DNA of 64,000 nucleotides from Lachnospiraceae bacterium UBA5895 (GCA_002431915.1 DJEP01000026.1:9034-73033); one strand, 5' to 3'; positions 28,197 to 38,442 are shown, numbered from the stretch's first letter. The notes: a model not told the origin generated them from the sequence alone. Numbers and translations: made by a program.

Positions 28197-29960
28197 TCAA
28201 CAATAGTTCTGCATGACAAACTGCACTTCTGTCCTACCCTTATAGGTATTTTGACCAACCTGGTATACTACAGACAACAGGAAATTCCCTCTTCCGGCAT
28301 AAAGTGCTTCTTCACTTCCGATACCGTATTTTTCATTTAAGAAAGCTCCCAGTCGTTCCAAATCTCCGAAAAACACCAATGTCTGCGTATTTCCTTCCGG
28401 CGTTTTCACCCGGAACCTGGCGCAGGTCTTGTTGGCGCCCATTTTAAATCCCGCCTGGAAAATCAGATTCTTCTGGGCAAAAAGGGGTCTGGGATTCCCG
28501 GTTCCGAAGGGCTCTAACAACGCCAGTTCCCCGGCCAAAGCGTCGTCCGCATAACCCATGGGCATTGCTACATCAATATGTACTCTGGGAATAAAATCAT
28601 CTTCTGTCAACGCACAATTTTTATTGAGAGCAATCCGAAGCGGCTCAATATCTTCTTCCCGCATGGACAAGCCCGCTGCCAGTTTATGACCACCGTATTT
28701 GGTAAAAAACTGTTTTACCTGCGTCATGGCATCATACATATGATAAGTCTCGATGGAACGTCCGGAACCTTTGACCCCGTCTTCCCCTTTTGTGAGAATA
28801 AAAACAGGATGATAATACTTTTCCCGGACTTTTCCGGCAATGATTCCGGCAATGCTCTCATGAACCTCGGGAAGATAGATTACCATGACCTTATCTTCTG
28901 TCATATGATGTTCCAAAATATACTCATCCGCCCTCTGAATCCCCTGTACCGTCAGATTCTTGCGGCTTTCGTTTAAATCCTTCAGCTCTCTCGCCGCTGT
29001 CATGGCATCTGCTCTGGTAAAGCTCTGCAAAAGCTCCAGCGCCCGTTTTGCAGTATCCAATCTACCCGTGGCATTCAGGCAGGGACCCAGTACAAAGCCC
29101 AGGTGGTACACACTCAGACGGTCCGGGGCGATTTCATTGACTTCCATCAGCGCTTTCAGTCCCTCGTTATATCCCTTTTGGATCCGTTTCAGACCTTCCT
29201 TTACCAGAATACGGTTCTCATCCTTTAACTCCATGACATCACATACCGTAGACAGTGCAGCGAATTCCAGTAATTCATCCCGGAGATTTACCAGTCCCGG
29301 ATTTCCGGTCTTCTCCGTGATCGCCTGAATCAGTTTCAGCGCCACAACTCCACCGCAGATCCCCGGAAAAGGATAGGTACAATCCGCCCTCTTGGGATCC
29401 ACCACCGCCAGTGCCGGAGGCAGCTGTTCCCTACGTTCTCCGTTTTCTTCTATGTAAGGGACCTCATGATGATCTGTCACAACAACACGCATGCCCAGGG
29501 AATTTGCAAGCTCAATCTGAGGTGCCGCCGCAATTCCGTTATCGCAGGTGACGATCATGCCGACACCTTCCCGCTTTGCTTCTTCAATCAGATGTTCATT
29601 CAGTCCGTATCCGTCATGGATTCTGTGGGGAATTGCCGTATCTACCTGTGCTCCCAGCATCTGAAATACTTTGGTCAGAATATAGGAAGCACAGATTCCA
29701 TCCACGTCATAGTCTCCGATGACCCGGATATGCAGTCCTTCTTCTACCGCTTTCAAAATCTCCTCCACCGCTTTATCCATATCCTTAAGCAGCCAGGGAG
29801 AATAACAGTCCTCCAGTTTTCCGTAGAGGAATTTCTGTATCTGACTCTCTTCCGTCAGATCACGGTTTCTAAGAATCCTCGCCGTCACCGGGCTGATGTG
29901 GAATTCCTTTGCCCATTTATCAAAATCTGCCTTCTTCGCAGCCACGTACCATTTTTCCAT
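28197..29960 (-). CDS. recJ: Single-stranded-DNA-specific exonuclease RecJ
   Basis: DHH family motifs (VIGDYDVDGI, VVTDHHE) and a DHHA1-like region. Start placed at MEKWYV (29960, SD GGGAG). The track start is 29993. Confidence 0.9.
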   Translation of the reverse strand: MEKWYVAAKKADFDKWAKEFHISPVTARILRNRDLTEESQIQKFLYGKLEDCYSPWLLKDMDKAVEEILKAVEEGLHIRVIGDYDVDGICASYILTKVFQMLGAQVDTAIPHRIHDGYGLNEHLIEEAKREGVGMIVTCDNGIAAAPQIELANSLGMRVVVTDHHEVPYIEENGERREQLPPALAVVDPKRADCTYPFPGICGGVVALKLIQAITEKTGNPGLVNLRDELLEFAALSTVCDVMELKDENRILVKEGLKRIQKGYNEGLKALMEVNEIAPDRLSVYHLGFVLGPCLNATGRLDTAKRALELLQSFTRADAMTAARELKDLNESRKNLTVQGIQRADEYILEHHMTEDKVMVIYLPEVHESIAGIIAGKVREKYYHPVFILTKGEDGVKGSGRSIETYHMYDAMTQVKQFFTKYGGHKLAAGLSMREEDIEPLRIALNKNCALTEDDFIPRVHIDVAMPMGYADDALAGELALLEPFGTGNPRPLFAQKNLIFQAGFKMGANKTCARFRVKTPEGNTQTLVFFGDLERLGAFLNEKYGIGSEEALYAGRGNFLLSVVYQVGQNTYKGRTEVQFVMQNYC

Positions 29961-30157
29961 AGATTCTCCCGCTTTCGTATCAATAAAAGCCATGCATCCT
30001 TTTTATGGACACATGGTTTATTATAGCATGAATAAAAGTCTTGTGCATCTTCTCTTTTTATGCTATAGTCAACTCAATTTCTATATGAAATTTCTTACAT
30101 CCGGCGTTTCGCCATTTTTTCAAGCAACTTTTAATTACACCAAGGAGGATTCTGCCT

Positions 30158-30997
30158 ATGAAGAACAAACAAGTATTTTCTATGAACATCACTGGTCGTA
30201 TTGACTATGGTTTCCGCAATGACTATATGTTCCGCGCCGCCCTGCAAATGAGTCAAAAGGCACTGATCGGTCTCATCAGCTCTCTGCTCCATCTGCCACC
30301 GTCCGCAATTAAGTCCGTCACCATTACCAATCCAATCACTTTAGGTGCAACCATTGAGGACAAAGATTTTGTTCTCGATACCAATGTATTACTAAACAAT
30401 AATACCCTTATAAACCTGGAAATGCAGGTCAATAATCTCTATAACTGGTCTGAACGTTCCCTGAGTTATCTCTGTCGTAACTTTGATCAATTAAATAAAG
30501 GACAAAATTATTCTGAATTAAAGCCTGTGATTCACATTGGCTTTTTAGACTACACTCTGTTCCCGGAGCACCCTGAGTTCTATGCTACTTATCGTTTGTT
30601 AAATATTAGGGATCATTTTGAATATAGTGACAAACTCACGCTTTCTGTGGTAGACTTAAAGCATATAGAATTGGTTACCGATGCTGACAAAGCATATGGC
30701 ATTGACAAATGGGCTGCTTTGTTCCGGTCTATTTCATGGGAGGAAATTCTTATGACTGCTAAAAATGATGAATATCTTATGGAAGCGACAAAGACACTAT
30801 ATAATCTGAATGCGGACGACATGGTCAGACAGCGTTGTCAGGCGCGAATGGATGCAGAACTCCAGGAGCAGTATCTGCTGAAGAAGATTGACACTTTAAC
30901 GGCTGATAATGATAAATTGACCGCGGATAATGCCGCCAAGGACGCTGAGATCGAAGCTTTGAAAAAGAAGCTTTCCGAATTACAGCAAAATACATAA
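30158..30997 (+). CDS. Rpn-family recombination-promoting nuclease / PD-(D/E)XK putative transposase
   Basis: 279 aa with strong SD AAGGAGG. The N-terminal region (DYGFRNDYMFRAAL...DKDFVLD...INLEMQ) is typical of the family by eye, and the C-terminus is coiled-coil. The gene is visibly more AT-rich than its neighbours. Confidence 0.7.
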   Translation: MKNKQVFSMNITGRIDYGFRNDYMFRAALQMSQKALIGLISSLLHLPPSAIKSVTITNPITLGATIEDKDFVLDTNVLLNNNTLINLEMQVNNLYNWSERSLSYLCRNFDQLNKGQNYSELKPVIHIGFLDYTLFPEHPEFYATYRLLNIRDHFEYSDKLTLSVVDLKHIELVTDADKAYGIDKWAALFRSISWEEILMTAKNDEYLMEATKTLYNLNADDMVRQRCQARMDAELQEQYLLKKIDTLTADNDKLTADNAAKDAEIEALKKKLSELQQNT

Positions 30998-31006
30998 TCT
31001 CATTTA

Positions 31007-31040
31007 AAAAGGAGCCTGCGTATGAGGAGGCTCCTTTTTG
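31007..31040. terminator. Bidirectional terminator between the convergent rpn-like and lacI-family genes
   Basis: AAAAAGGAGCCT ... AGGCTCCTTTTT stem with a 10-nt loop. Confidence 0.75.
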
Positions 31041-31045
31041 GTGCA

Positions 31046-32050
31046 TCAGGTAGATTCCCGGATAATCAGCGTTGGGAAGGTAATATGGGACTGCACATAA
31101 AGATTCGGTCTTTTTATTTTTTGCAGGATATATTTCCCGGCCTGTACTCCCATATCGTAGACATCAATGTTCACCACAGACAGCATGGGCTTTAAAATTT
31201 GGGAAAAAGGAAAGTCATCAAAGGTGATCACCTTCATCTCCTCCGGAATCAGGATTCCTCTGTCGTGCAGGGCGTTCACACAGCCGTAGGCGATATAATT
31301 ATCCGCACACACCAGGGCATCCGGCTGCCTGCGATTCTCCAGAATCTGCATAGTCATCCGATATCCGCTGTCGCAGACCGATTCTCCCTTTTTCACATAT
31401 TCTCTGGGCAGCAGCACATCGTGCTCCTGTAACACCGTCAGCACCCCATCCAGACGCCTTGCCGAAATTTGGTCCTCCGGTTTGCCTCCGATAAATGCCA
31501 CCGACTGGCAGCCCCGTTCCAGCAGATGCTTTGCAGCCAGTTCCCCCGCCAGCCGGTTATCAATATCGATCCAGCAGAAATGGCTGTTAAAATTCGGATT
31601 GCCGATCACAATATGCGGGATCTCATGGGTAAACAGCAGTTCATCCAGTGCCTGGGAGATCACAGAGGCATGAATCACAAATCCGTCCGCCTGTTTGGTA
31701 TCTGCCGCATCCTGTATAAATTCCGCGCAGGTCTCCGCAGTGATGTTACGGACTACCAGCGTGTAATCTTTCTGCGCCAATACCTGTTCCAACCCACACA
31801 GGATCTCAAACATATGAGGATTGGCAAAACCGGTTCCCTTTCCCAGTTCCGCTACGAATACGATGGTTCGGGCGGACTGTTTTGCGAAATTTTTCGCCCG
31901 CAGATTCGGATGATAGTCCAATTCCTCCATTGCCTTCCGCACCCGATCCGCCGTCTCCTGCGAGATTGAGTAGGAGCCATTCATCACCTTGGATACCGTT
32001 GCCGTAGAAGTCCCTGCCAGTTTTGCCACATCTTTAATGGTTGCTCCCAT
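31046..32050 (-). CDS. LacI-family transcriptional regulator
   Basis: 334 aa with N-terminal HTH (ATIKDVAKLAGTSTATVSKVMNG) and a periplasmic-binding-protein-like effector domain. Confidence 0.88.
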   Translation of the reverse strand: MGATIKDVAKLAGTSTATVSKVMNGSYSISQETADRVRKAMEELDYHPNLRAKNFAKQSARTIVFVAELGKGTGFANPHMFEILCGLEQVLAQKDYTLVVRNITAETCAEFIQDAADTKQADGFVIHASVISQALDELLFTHEIPHIVIGNPNFNSHFCWIDIDNRLAGELAAKHLLERGCQSVAFIGGKPEDQISARRLDGVLTVLQEHDVLLPREYVKKGESVCDSGYRMTMQILENRRQPDALVCADNYIAYGCVNALHDRGILIPEEMKVITFDDFPFSQILKPMLSVVNIDVYDMGVQAGKYILQKIKRPNLYVQSHITFPTLIIREST

Positions 32051-32087
32051 GCTTCTTCCTCCCGGTAGTATTTCGTCTTAGAATATT

Positions 32088-33833
32088 TTAATCCCGTGTC
32101 TTGATCATTGCAAACCCTTTTGCCGCCAGCTGTCCCTCCGTAAGACCTTCCTGCCAGAGAACTTCTCCCCGGAGCATTTCCTGCGGCAGTTCAACCGTCC
32201 GGTTCTCCATATTCAGGAAAACGCGGATCCGTTCCGTTCCTTCATCTTCTGTCACCGAATACCGCTCGTATCCATATAGCCTGCTGCCCGGTTCCGCAAG
32301 CAGCGTGCGGTACTCTCCTCTCCGCAGGACAGCTTCCTTTTTTCGCAGGGTAATTGCCTTTTGATATAACAAAAATAAAGGACTGTTCTCATCCAGTGTA
32401 TCCCAGGGCATGGGCTGTCTATATTCCTCCTCCAGGATACCGGTCAGTCCCGCTTCATCTCCATAAAAAACAGAAGGCATCCCCGGGAATGTCATCTGGA
32501 AAATCACCGCCAGACGAAAGCTCTCTTCATCCGGACACAGCGACCGGAACCGGCTGACATCATGACTGTCTAAGAGATTTAACTGCGCATAGACAGTCTG
32601 CCTGCGGTAGCGCATGCGCATATCCGCCACGCGGCTGTCGAACTCCCTGGCGTCTGCCGTCTGCTCCCCAAAAAATCTCCTGCAGTGCTTGCGGAAATCA
32701 TAATTCATAGTGGAATCAAACATAGTTCCGTCCAGCCAGTGTCCGGCGCTCTCCCATACTTCCCCGATGAGAAGGGCACTCGGATCCACACTTTTTACAC
32801 TCTCCCGGAATTTTCTCCAGAAGCCGTCATTGATCTCGCTTGCCACATCCAGCCGCCACCCGTCAATGTGGAATTTTTCCACCCAGTAGCGTCCCACTTT
32901 GCAAAAATATTCCGCAGCTTCGGGATTCGCCAGGTTTAACTTCGGCATCATCCGCTCATAACCAAAGCATTCATATCCCGGATAGTCCTCGGGATCCTCC
33001 GGACGCACCACCGGATAGGTCAGTCCGTAGAACCAGTCCTTATATGCAGACTGCTCTCCCTTTTTCACCACATCATCAAATGCGAAAAAATACCACCCAC
33101 AGTGATTAAACACTCCATCGATAATCACTTTCAGTCCGTTTGCATGGAACACATCGATCAGTCTGTGAAAATCGTCATCGGTTCCGAAGCAGGGATCGAT
33201 GTGAAAATAATCCAGCAGGTCGTATTTGTGATACTCCCCCGCAGTAAAAATGGGATTGATATAGATGGCATTCACTCCCAGTTCTTTTAAATACGCTACA
33301 TTTTCACTGATTCCCCGGAGGGTTCCGCCAAGCTTCCCTTTTACCGGCACACCGCCCCATTCCTTCGTTTCACCTTTCCCCCTGATATAGCGGTACTCCG
33401 TGGCAAAGCTGTCCGGGAAAATATTGTAGATAATAGTATCCTCTGCCCATCCGGGAGGCGTAACGATATCGGCACGGTGGTTAAAGGGCAGCTGATAATA
33501 TTCCGAACGGTCATCCACCGTATGATCCGTAAACCGTTCTCCATAGTACAACACTTCTTCCCTGCCATCGGATAAGGAAAAATAATAGCACAACCGCTTA
33601 TAAGGATGGTCCAGTGTTGTCTCCCAGTAATCAAATTCTTCCGTCTGCGCCACCACTGCCATCTTCTGTTCTGTGAAGGTTACCGGTGTGAGACGACAGG
33701 CTCTGTCTCCGTAATACAGTCTGCATTCCACAAGGTCTCCTCTGCCTGCGCGAAGGCGGATCGTGATATGTTCTTCGTCTGTCCCATATGCATACTGGGA
33801 CATGGGTATATGTAATACTGCACTTCGATTCAT
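32088..33833 (-). CDS. GH13 alpha-glucosidase of the neopullulanase/cyclomaltodextrinase/maltogenic amylase type (cytoplasmic)
   Basis: 581 aa with no signal peptide. GH13 regions are DGVFNH, GWRLDVASE, GEVWE and LLDSHD. Confidence 0.85.
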   Translation of the reverse strand: MNRSAVLHIPMSQYAYGTDEEHITIRLRAGRGDLVECRLYYGDRACRLTPVTFTEQKMAVVAQTEEFDYWETTLDHPYKRLCYYFSLSDGREEVLYYGERFTDHTVDDRSEYYQLPFNHRADIVTPPGWAEDTIIYNIFPDSFATEYRYIRGKGETKEWGGVPVKGKLGGTLRGISENVAYLKELGVNAIYINPIFTAGEYHKYDLLDYFHIDPCFGTDDDFHRLIDVFHANGLKVIIDGVFNHCGWYFFAFDDVVKKGEQSAYKDWFYGLTYPVVRPEDPEDYPGYECFGYERMMPKLNLANPEAAEYFCKVGRYWVEKFHIDGWRLDVASEINDGFWRKFRESVKSVDPSALLIGEVWESAGHWLDGTMFDSTMNYDFRKHCRRFFGEQTADAREFDSRVADMRMRYRRQTVYAQLNLLDSHDVSRFRSLCPDEESFRLAVIFQMTFPGMPSVFYGDEAGLTGILEEEYRQPMPWDTLDENSPLFLLYQKAITLRKKEAVLRRGEYRTLLAEPGSRLYGYERYSVTEDEGTERIRVFLNMENRTVELPQEMLRGEVLWQEGLTEGQLAAKGFAMIKTRD

Positions 33834-33851
33834 AATTCCTCTTTCTGTGAT

Positions 33852-34694
33852 CTAACCCTTTACTCCTCCGGAGGTCAGACCTTCCGTCATATTCTTTTGC
33901 AATGCGAAAAATACGATTAAAATCGGCAGGGACACAATCAGAGATGCCGCCGAGAAAATCGGCCAGCTGCCGCTCATCTCCGTGGCCTGCAGGGAATAAA
34001 GACCTGTAGCCAAGGTATACGTATCGGATCCTGTCATAAAGTTGATGGCAAAAATATACTCATTCCAGACATATACCAAAACCATCATGGCAGTCACCGC
34101 AATGGTAGGCTTGGCTAATGGCAGCACGATCTTCGTCACCTGCTCTAACTGCGTGGCTCCGTCAATCATAGCAGCTTCCTCGATTTCCACCGGAATCGTG
34201 TCAAAATATCCCTTCATATTCCACAGTGCAAACACCGCCATGGTTCCGGTATACACAATGATCAGTCCCGTTCTGGTATTGATCAGCCCCATGGGACTTA
34301 ACAACTTATACAGCGCTGTCATAGATAACAGGGACGGAAATGCGTACAGTAAAATTAACAACTTCAGTATCGCTCTTCTTCCGGGAAATCTTTTCCGGGA
34401 AAATGCATATGCCGCAGGGATACCGGTTCCCAAAGAGATCACTAATGTGGTCACTGCCAGGATCAGGCTGTTCTTCAGCCACAAAAGCACCGGTTTTTCG
34501 GTAAAAACCGCCTTATAGTTCTGCAGGGTCATATGCTTTGGTATAAAGGAAAAATCAGATCCCAGCAGACTGTTCTCAGCATTCAGTGACACCGAAAATG
34601 CGTATAATACCGGCACCAGAACGAAAAAGCATACAAGAATAAAGAATATATTAACCAGTACAAGTACCACTATATGCTTTGCCCTCTTGCTCAT
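33852..34694 (-). CDS. Carbohydrate ABC transporter permease (MalG-like)
   Basis: 280 aa, six TM, EAA-loop region (EEAAMIDGAT). Confidence 0.88.
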   Translation of the reverse strand: MSKRAKHIVVLVLVNIFFILVCFFVLVPVLYAFSVSLNAENSLLGSDFSFIPKHMTLQNYKAVFTEKPVLLWLKNSLILAVTTLVISLGTGIPAAYAFSRKRFPGRRAILKLLILLYAFPSLLSMTALYKLLSPMGLINTRTGLIIVYTGTMAVFALWNMKGYFDTIPVEIEEAAMIDGATQLEQVTKIVLPLAKPTIAVTAMMVLVYVWNEYIFAINFMTGSDTYTLATGLYSLQATEMSGSWPIFSAASLIVSLPILIVFFALQKNMTEGLTSGGVKG

Positions 34695-35635
34695 CTGCTT
34701 TCCTCCTTTCTGCCGCTCGTCACCAGAGAGAACACTAACAGCATTCCGAAGATCAGAATGGAGATGGCAGAGCTGTATCCGTAATTGTTCGTAATAAATG
34801 CCTTTTCATACGCATAGGTCAGTATGGTATGGATATTGGCTCCCGTCTTGGAACCCACCTGCTGGGTCAGCAGATAGATGACATCGAACTGTTTGAATGT
34901 CGTAAAAGTCGTAATCATAACCGAAGGAGCTATAATGGGACGGATCATGGGAATCGTAATATATCGTGTCCGTTCCAGCCAGATGGCACCGTCTAACAGG
35001 GCACTTTCGTAAAAGCTCCGGTCCACGCTCTGCAATGCCCCGTCAATGATCGTGATCATAAAAGGCAGCGCCAGCCATAAGTTCACCACTGTACAGCTGA
35101 TAAAGGCAATCACGTCGCTTCCCAGCCACCGCACCGGTTCCAGTCCCAGTTTGGTCATCCACTGGTTCAGCAGACCGAACTGGGAGTTGAACATGCCGGT
35201 CTTCCACAAAAGGATCGATACATACCCCGGCATAGCCCAGGGGAAGATCAACAACGTCCGATAGACATTTTTCAGCCGCAGTCCTTTGATATTGAGCAGG
35301 GTCGCCATGATAAAAGCGATCACCAGCTGCAGTACCATATTCACCACTGTCCACAGTATCGTTACGAAAAGTGCCGTCAGGAATCCGTTATCGAATACCA
35401 GCAGGGCATCCTTATAATTTTCCAGTCCGATAAACTCATAATTATTCCAGTGATATATGTTCATGTTAGTCATGGAGATATATCCGGTATACAGAATCGG
35501 GAAAATAACGATCAACAGGATCAATACTAAGGACGGCAGTGACCAGCTGTAGGCAAACAATGCTTCCTTTCGCTTTTTATTCTGTTGTATGTTCCCATGA
35601 GCATTTCTCTTACTTGCCATATTTGTTCGTTCCAC
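34691..35635 (-). CDS. Carbohydrate ABC transporter permease (MalF-like)
   Basis: 314 aa and polytopic, with an EAA-type loop (YESALLDGA). It overlaps the downstream permease gene by 4 nt. Confidence 0.88.
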   Translation of the reverse strand: MERTNMASKRNAHGNIQQNKKRKEALFAYSWSLPSLVLILLIVIFPILYTGYISMTNMNIYHWNNYEFIGLENYKDALLVFDNGFLTALFVTILWTVVNMVLQLVIAFIMATLLNIKGLRLKNVYRTLLIFPWAMPGYVSILLWKTGMFNSQFGLLNQWMTKLGLEPVRWLGSDVIAFISCTVVNLWLALPFMITIIDGALQSVDRSFYESALLDGAIWLERTRYITIPMIRPIIAPSVMITTFTTFKQFDVIYLLTQQVGSKTGANIHTILTYAYEKAFITNNYGYSSAISILIFGMLLVFSLVTSGRKEESR

Positions 35636-35673
35636 TTTCTTTTGCCTGATTATGCCCGATTACGCAGCTTTGC

Positions 35674-36942
35674 TTATTTCATGGATTCAATGAGCTGCAG
35701 TGCCTCTTTCTGTGCTTTTTCGGCGCTTTCCGCCACATCATTGCCCGCCATATTGACATCCGTCAGAAGTCCGCTGGCTACCGTCCACATCACATCCATC
35801 TCCGGCAGATTGGGCATGGGTACCGCATTCTCCGCAGTCTCCTTCATCGCCATGACCACTTCATCCCCGCTTACTTCTTCATAGCTGTAGCAGTTTTCTC
35901 TGGCAGGGGCACAGCCGCTCGCCTGCGCCAGTGCAATCCCCACTTCATCTTTCATCAGTACCCGCAGTACCTGTTCCACGGCATCTTTTTTATTCTCTGC
36001 CGCATTTTTCAATACCTGGATCCCCTGCACACCCATATAGGGAGAAATCGGCTTACCGGTCTCATCGATCATGGGCATAGAGGCGATTCCCACATCGATA
36101 CCGCTCTCCCGTACCGTCGGGATCAGCCAGGGTCCAGCGATGGTGGCATGCGCCATTCCCTCTCTGAACAGGGTATTTACCGTGGCATATTCTGTCTCTC
36201 CCGGCATGAGATCCACAAACTTTTTATGATAGGTAAGCGCTTCCTCCGTCTCCGGCAGATTTAATCCCGGTTCTCCGGCATCATTCAGAATATAGCCTCC
36301 AAATCCATTGATCCATCCGGCTGCATAATAAGGAGTGCTATGCTGTTCCACGAATCCGTAGTGCCCTCCACGGGTATTTTCCTGCATATAAGCATACAGT
36401 TCCTCCGTGGTCGCCGGTACTTCGTCATCCTTCATATAGAGACGGTTATACATAAAAAGCAGTGTCTCGTAATAGATTGGAAGCTGGTAGACCGTTCCCT
36501 TATAAGTTGCCGCTTCTATGGTGTTGTCCATGTAGGCATCCAGTTCTTCCTCCGGAATAATATCCGTGATAGGGGCTAAAATGCCCATTTCCGCATAGAC
36601 ACCGATCTTATCATGGGCAAAAAAGTACATATCCGGAGCCGCTTTGGGATCGTTTCCCACCATTTTGAGAGCTTCTGTCAGATCACTCTTTTTCTCCAGT
36701 ACCACATGGATCTGCGGTTCTAACTGGGCAAATTCTTCCTCCAGAACCTGTGTTACCGCATCTTCTTTGTCATGCCAGATCGTAATCGTGACTTCTCCAT
36801 CCGTCTTGTCCCCCTGTGCTGTCTGCTCGGCAGGTTGACTGCCGCAGCCGGTCAGGCTGCAGATGGTCAGTCCTGCTGTCACGATCCACGCCCATGCTTT
36901 GTTCCGGATTCTCTTCTGATTTTTGTTCTTCATATCCTGCAC
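35674..36942 (-). CDS. Extracellular sugar (maltodextrin-type) binding lipoprotein
   Basis: 422 aa with lipobox LTGCGS, family 1 solute-binding fold by eye, in the context of the mal locus. Confidence 0.85.
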   Translation of the reverse strand: MQDMKNKNQKRIRNKAWAWIVTAGLTICSLTGCGSQPAEQTAQGDKTDGEVTITIWHDKEDAVTQVLEEEFAQLEPQIHVVLEKKSDLTEALKMVGNDPKAAPDMYFFAHDKIGVYAEMGILAPITDIIPEEELDAYMDNTIEAATYKGTVYQLPIYYETLLFMYNRLYMKDDEVPATTEELYAYMQENTRGGHYGFVEQHSTPYYAAGWINGFGGYILNDAGEPGLNLPETEEALTYHKKFVDLMPGETEYATVNTLFREGMAHATIAGPWLIPTVRESGIDVGIASMPMIDETGKPISPYMGVQGIQVLKNAAENKKDAVEQVLRVLMKDEVGIALAQASGCAPARENCYSYEEVSGDEVVMAMKETAENAVPMPNLPEMDVMWTVASGLLTDVNMAGNDVAESAEKAQKEALQLIESMK

Positions 36943-36978
36943 TCCTTTGATATGTACTCTCCTGCTGTCTGTTTCGTC

Positions 36979-38172
36979 TTATTTCTGAGATTTTTTCTTC
37001 ACAGCCACTGCTGCGCCGCCGGCTGCTGCCACAACGAGCACACCGATGACGATAGGTACCACAGGTGTACTCTTCTCTGTATTTTCTGCAGGTTCATCGG
37101 TTCCCGCTGTTGCCTCTGCTGTCTCCTGTTCGGTTACTGCGGCTGCATCCCCCTCCGGCAGATCCACTGCCTCATAGGATACAGTGTAATCCTCTGGACC
37201 GTTTACCACCAGCCAGATATCCTTACCGGTCTCCACAGAGATATCTGTGGTCTGTACGCTTCCGTCATTGCCGTTGATGATCACGGAATTCACCCAGCCG
37301 GGGATCTCTTTTACCAGCCAGCCGCCTTCCCCTTCTTCCAGTGCTTCTCCGGGCCATGCGGCAAATGCGTTGGTGCCGTCCGGTGCCGACCATGCCCACA
37401 GGCAGGGGGCATTCCAGTCTGCGGGAGCAGATACATGGATCGTCACATTGGGAACTTCTGCCTGATCCGGATTCTTGTAGCTGAAATCGTAACTGCCGTC
37501 AGCCGCTACCGTTACCCAGAGTTCTGCGGGATCGATGGAGATGTCTTCCGTCTGTACACTGCCGTCGTTGGCATTGACGATAATGGAATTCACCCATACC
37601 GGAACCTTGATGGTATACCAGCCGTCCTCTCCTGACTTCATCTCTTCGCCGGGCCATGCAGCAAACGCGTTAGTGCCATCTGGTGCCGACCATGCCCACA
37701 GGCAGGGCTTCTCCCAGGATTCGTCCACTTTCGCATGTACTGCAAATTTCTCTACATAAGCCGGGGCTTCTCCTTCGGTCTGTTTTTCATAAGAAATCTC
37801 TACCGCATCTGCTGCACTTACCTTGATCCATGCGGCATTGGTATCCAGAATCTGTTCGTCGGTCTGTACGCTTCCTTCATTGGCATTGACGATCACATGA
37901 TTCGCCCAGTCGGGAAGCCATATGTAATACCAGCCGTCATTCGCTGCATCTGCTTCCATCTCCTCACCGGGCCATGCGGCGAAAGCATTGTTGCCATCAC
38001 TGTCCCATGCCCAGATGCAAGGATTCTCCCAATCCTCAGGTACCTGCACATACAGTGCATTTCTGTTTTCCGTATCCTGTGTCGTTTCTGCATTTGCCGT
38101 CATCGGCAGGATTCCGATCACCAGCAGGAGCATCATCATAAACGCTCCGCAACGTCTCATCAACTTACCCAT
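36979..38172 (-). CDS. Surface protein with four tandem starch-binding-module-like repeats (CBM25/26-like) and a C-terminal TM anchor
   Basis: 397 aa with a signal peptide. Four repeats each carry W.W...G.NAFAAWPGEEM...GWY...P.W.N..I.NAN.GSVQT. The tail is VVPIVIGVLVVAAAGGAAVAVKKKSQK. Confidence 0.7.
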   Translation of the reverse strand: MGKLMRRCGAFMMMLLLVIGILPMTANAETTQDTENRNALYVQVPEDWENPCIWAWDSDGNNAFAAWPGEEMEADAANDGWYYIWLPDWANHVIVNANEGSVQTDEQILDTNAAWIKVSAADAVEISYEKQTEGEAPAYVEKFAVHAKVDESWEKPCLWAWSAPDGTNAFAAWPGEEMKSGEDGWYTIKVPVWVNSIIVNANDGSVQTEDISIDPAELWVTVAADGSYDFSYKNPDQAEVPNVTIHVSAPADWNAPCLWAWSAPDGTNAFAAWPGEALEEGEGGWLVKEIPGWVNSVIINGNDGSVQTTDISVETGKDIWLVVNGPEDYTVSYEAVDLPEGDAAAVTEQETAEATAGTDEPAENTEKSTPVVPIVIGVLVVAAAGGAAVAVKKKSQK

Positions 38173-38417
38173 AATATCCTCTCTTTCTGCATCCTACTTG
38201 TCTGTATTGTATTTTCTTTCTCTTTTAATCAACCGTTTTTAAAAAGTGCACTTTCCCTTGGGTTATTTTGATTATAACGTTGCCGTTTCCGTATGGTCAA
38301 TTTGATTTTAGGTAACCGTTTTCCTCTCTTTCTGTGCTTTTTATACAATTTTGATTTTCTGTTTTTGGCTGTTTTTCACAACAATTTTCGCGGTTTCCTT
38401 TGTTTTCCTAAATATTT

Positions 38418-38442
38418 GTGAAAGTTTCACGAAAACGTTTCC
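38418..38442. promoter_or_regulatory. Candidate LacI-family operator pair upstream of the CBM/mal genes
   Basis: GTGAAAGTTTCAC (odd palindrome) abuts GAAAACGTTTCC (AAACGTTT core). Further AACCGTTTT/AACGTT motifs lie at roughly 38230-38325. Confidence 0.35.

Noticed and set aside
36772-38271. Several long plus-strand ORFs (287, 178, 84, 74, 72, 70 aa)
   Set aside because: They are antisense to the CBM-repeat gene and the 5' end of the binding-protein gene. Their internal repetition simply mirrors the four CBM repeats.
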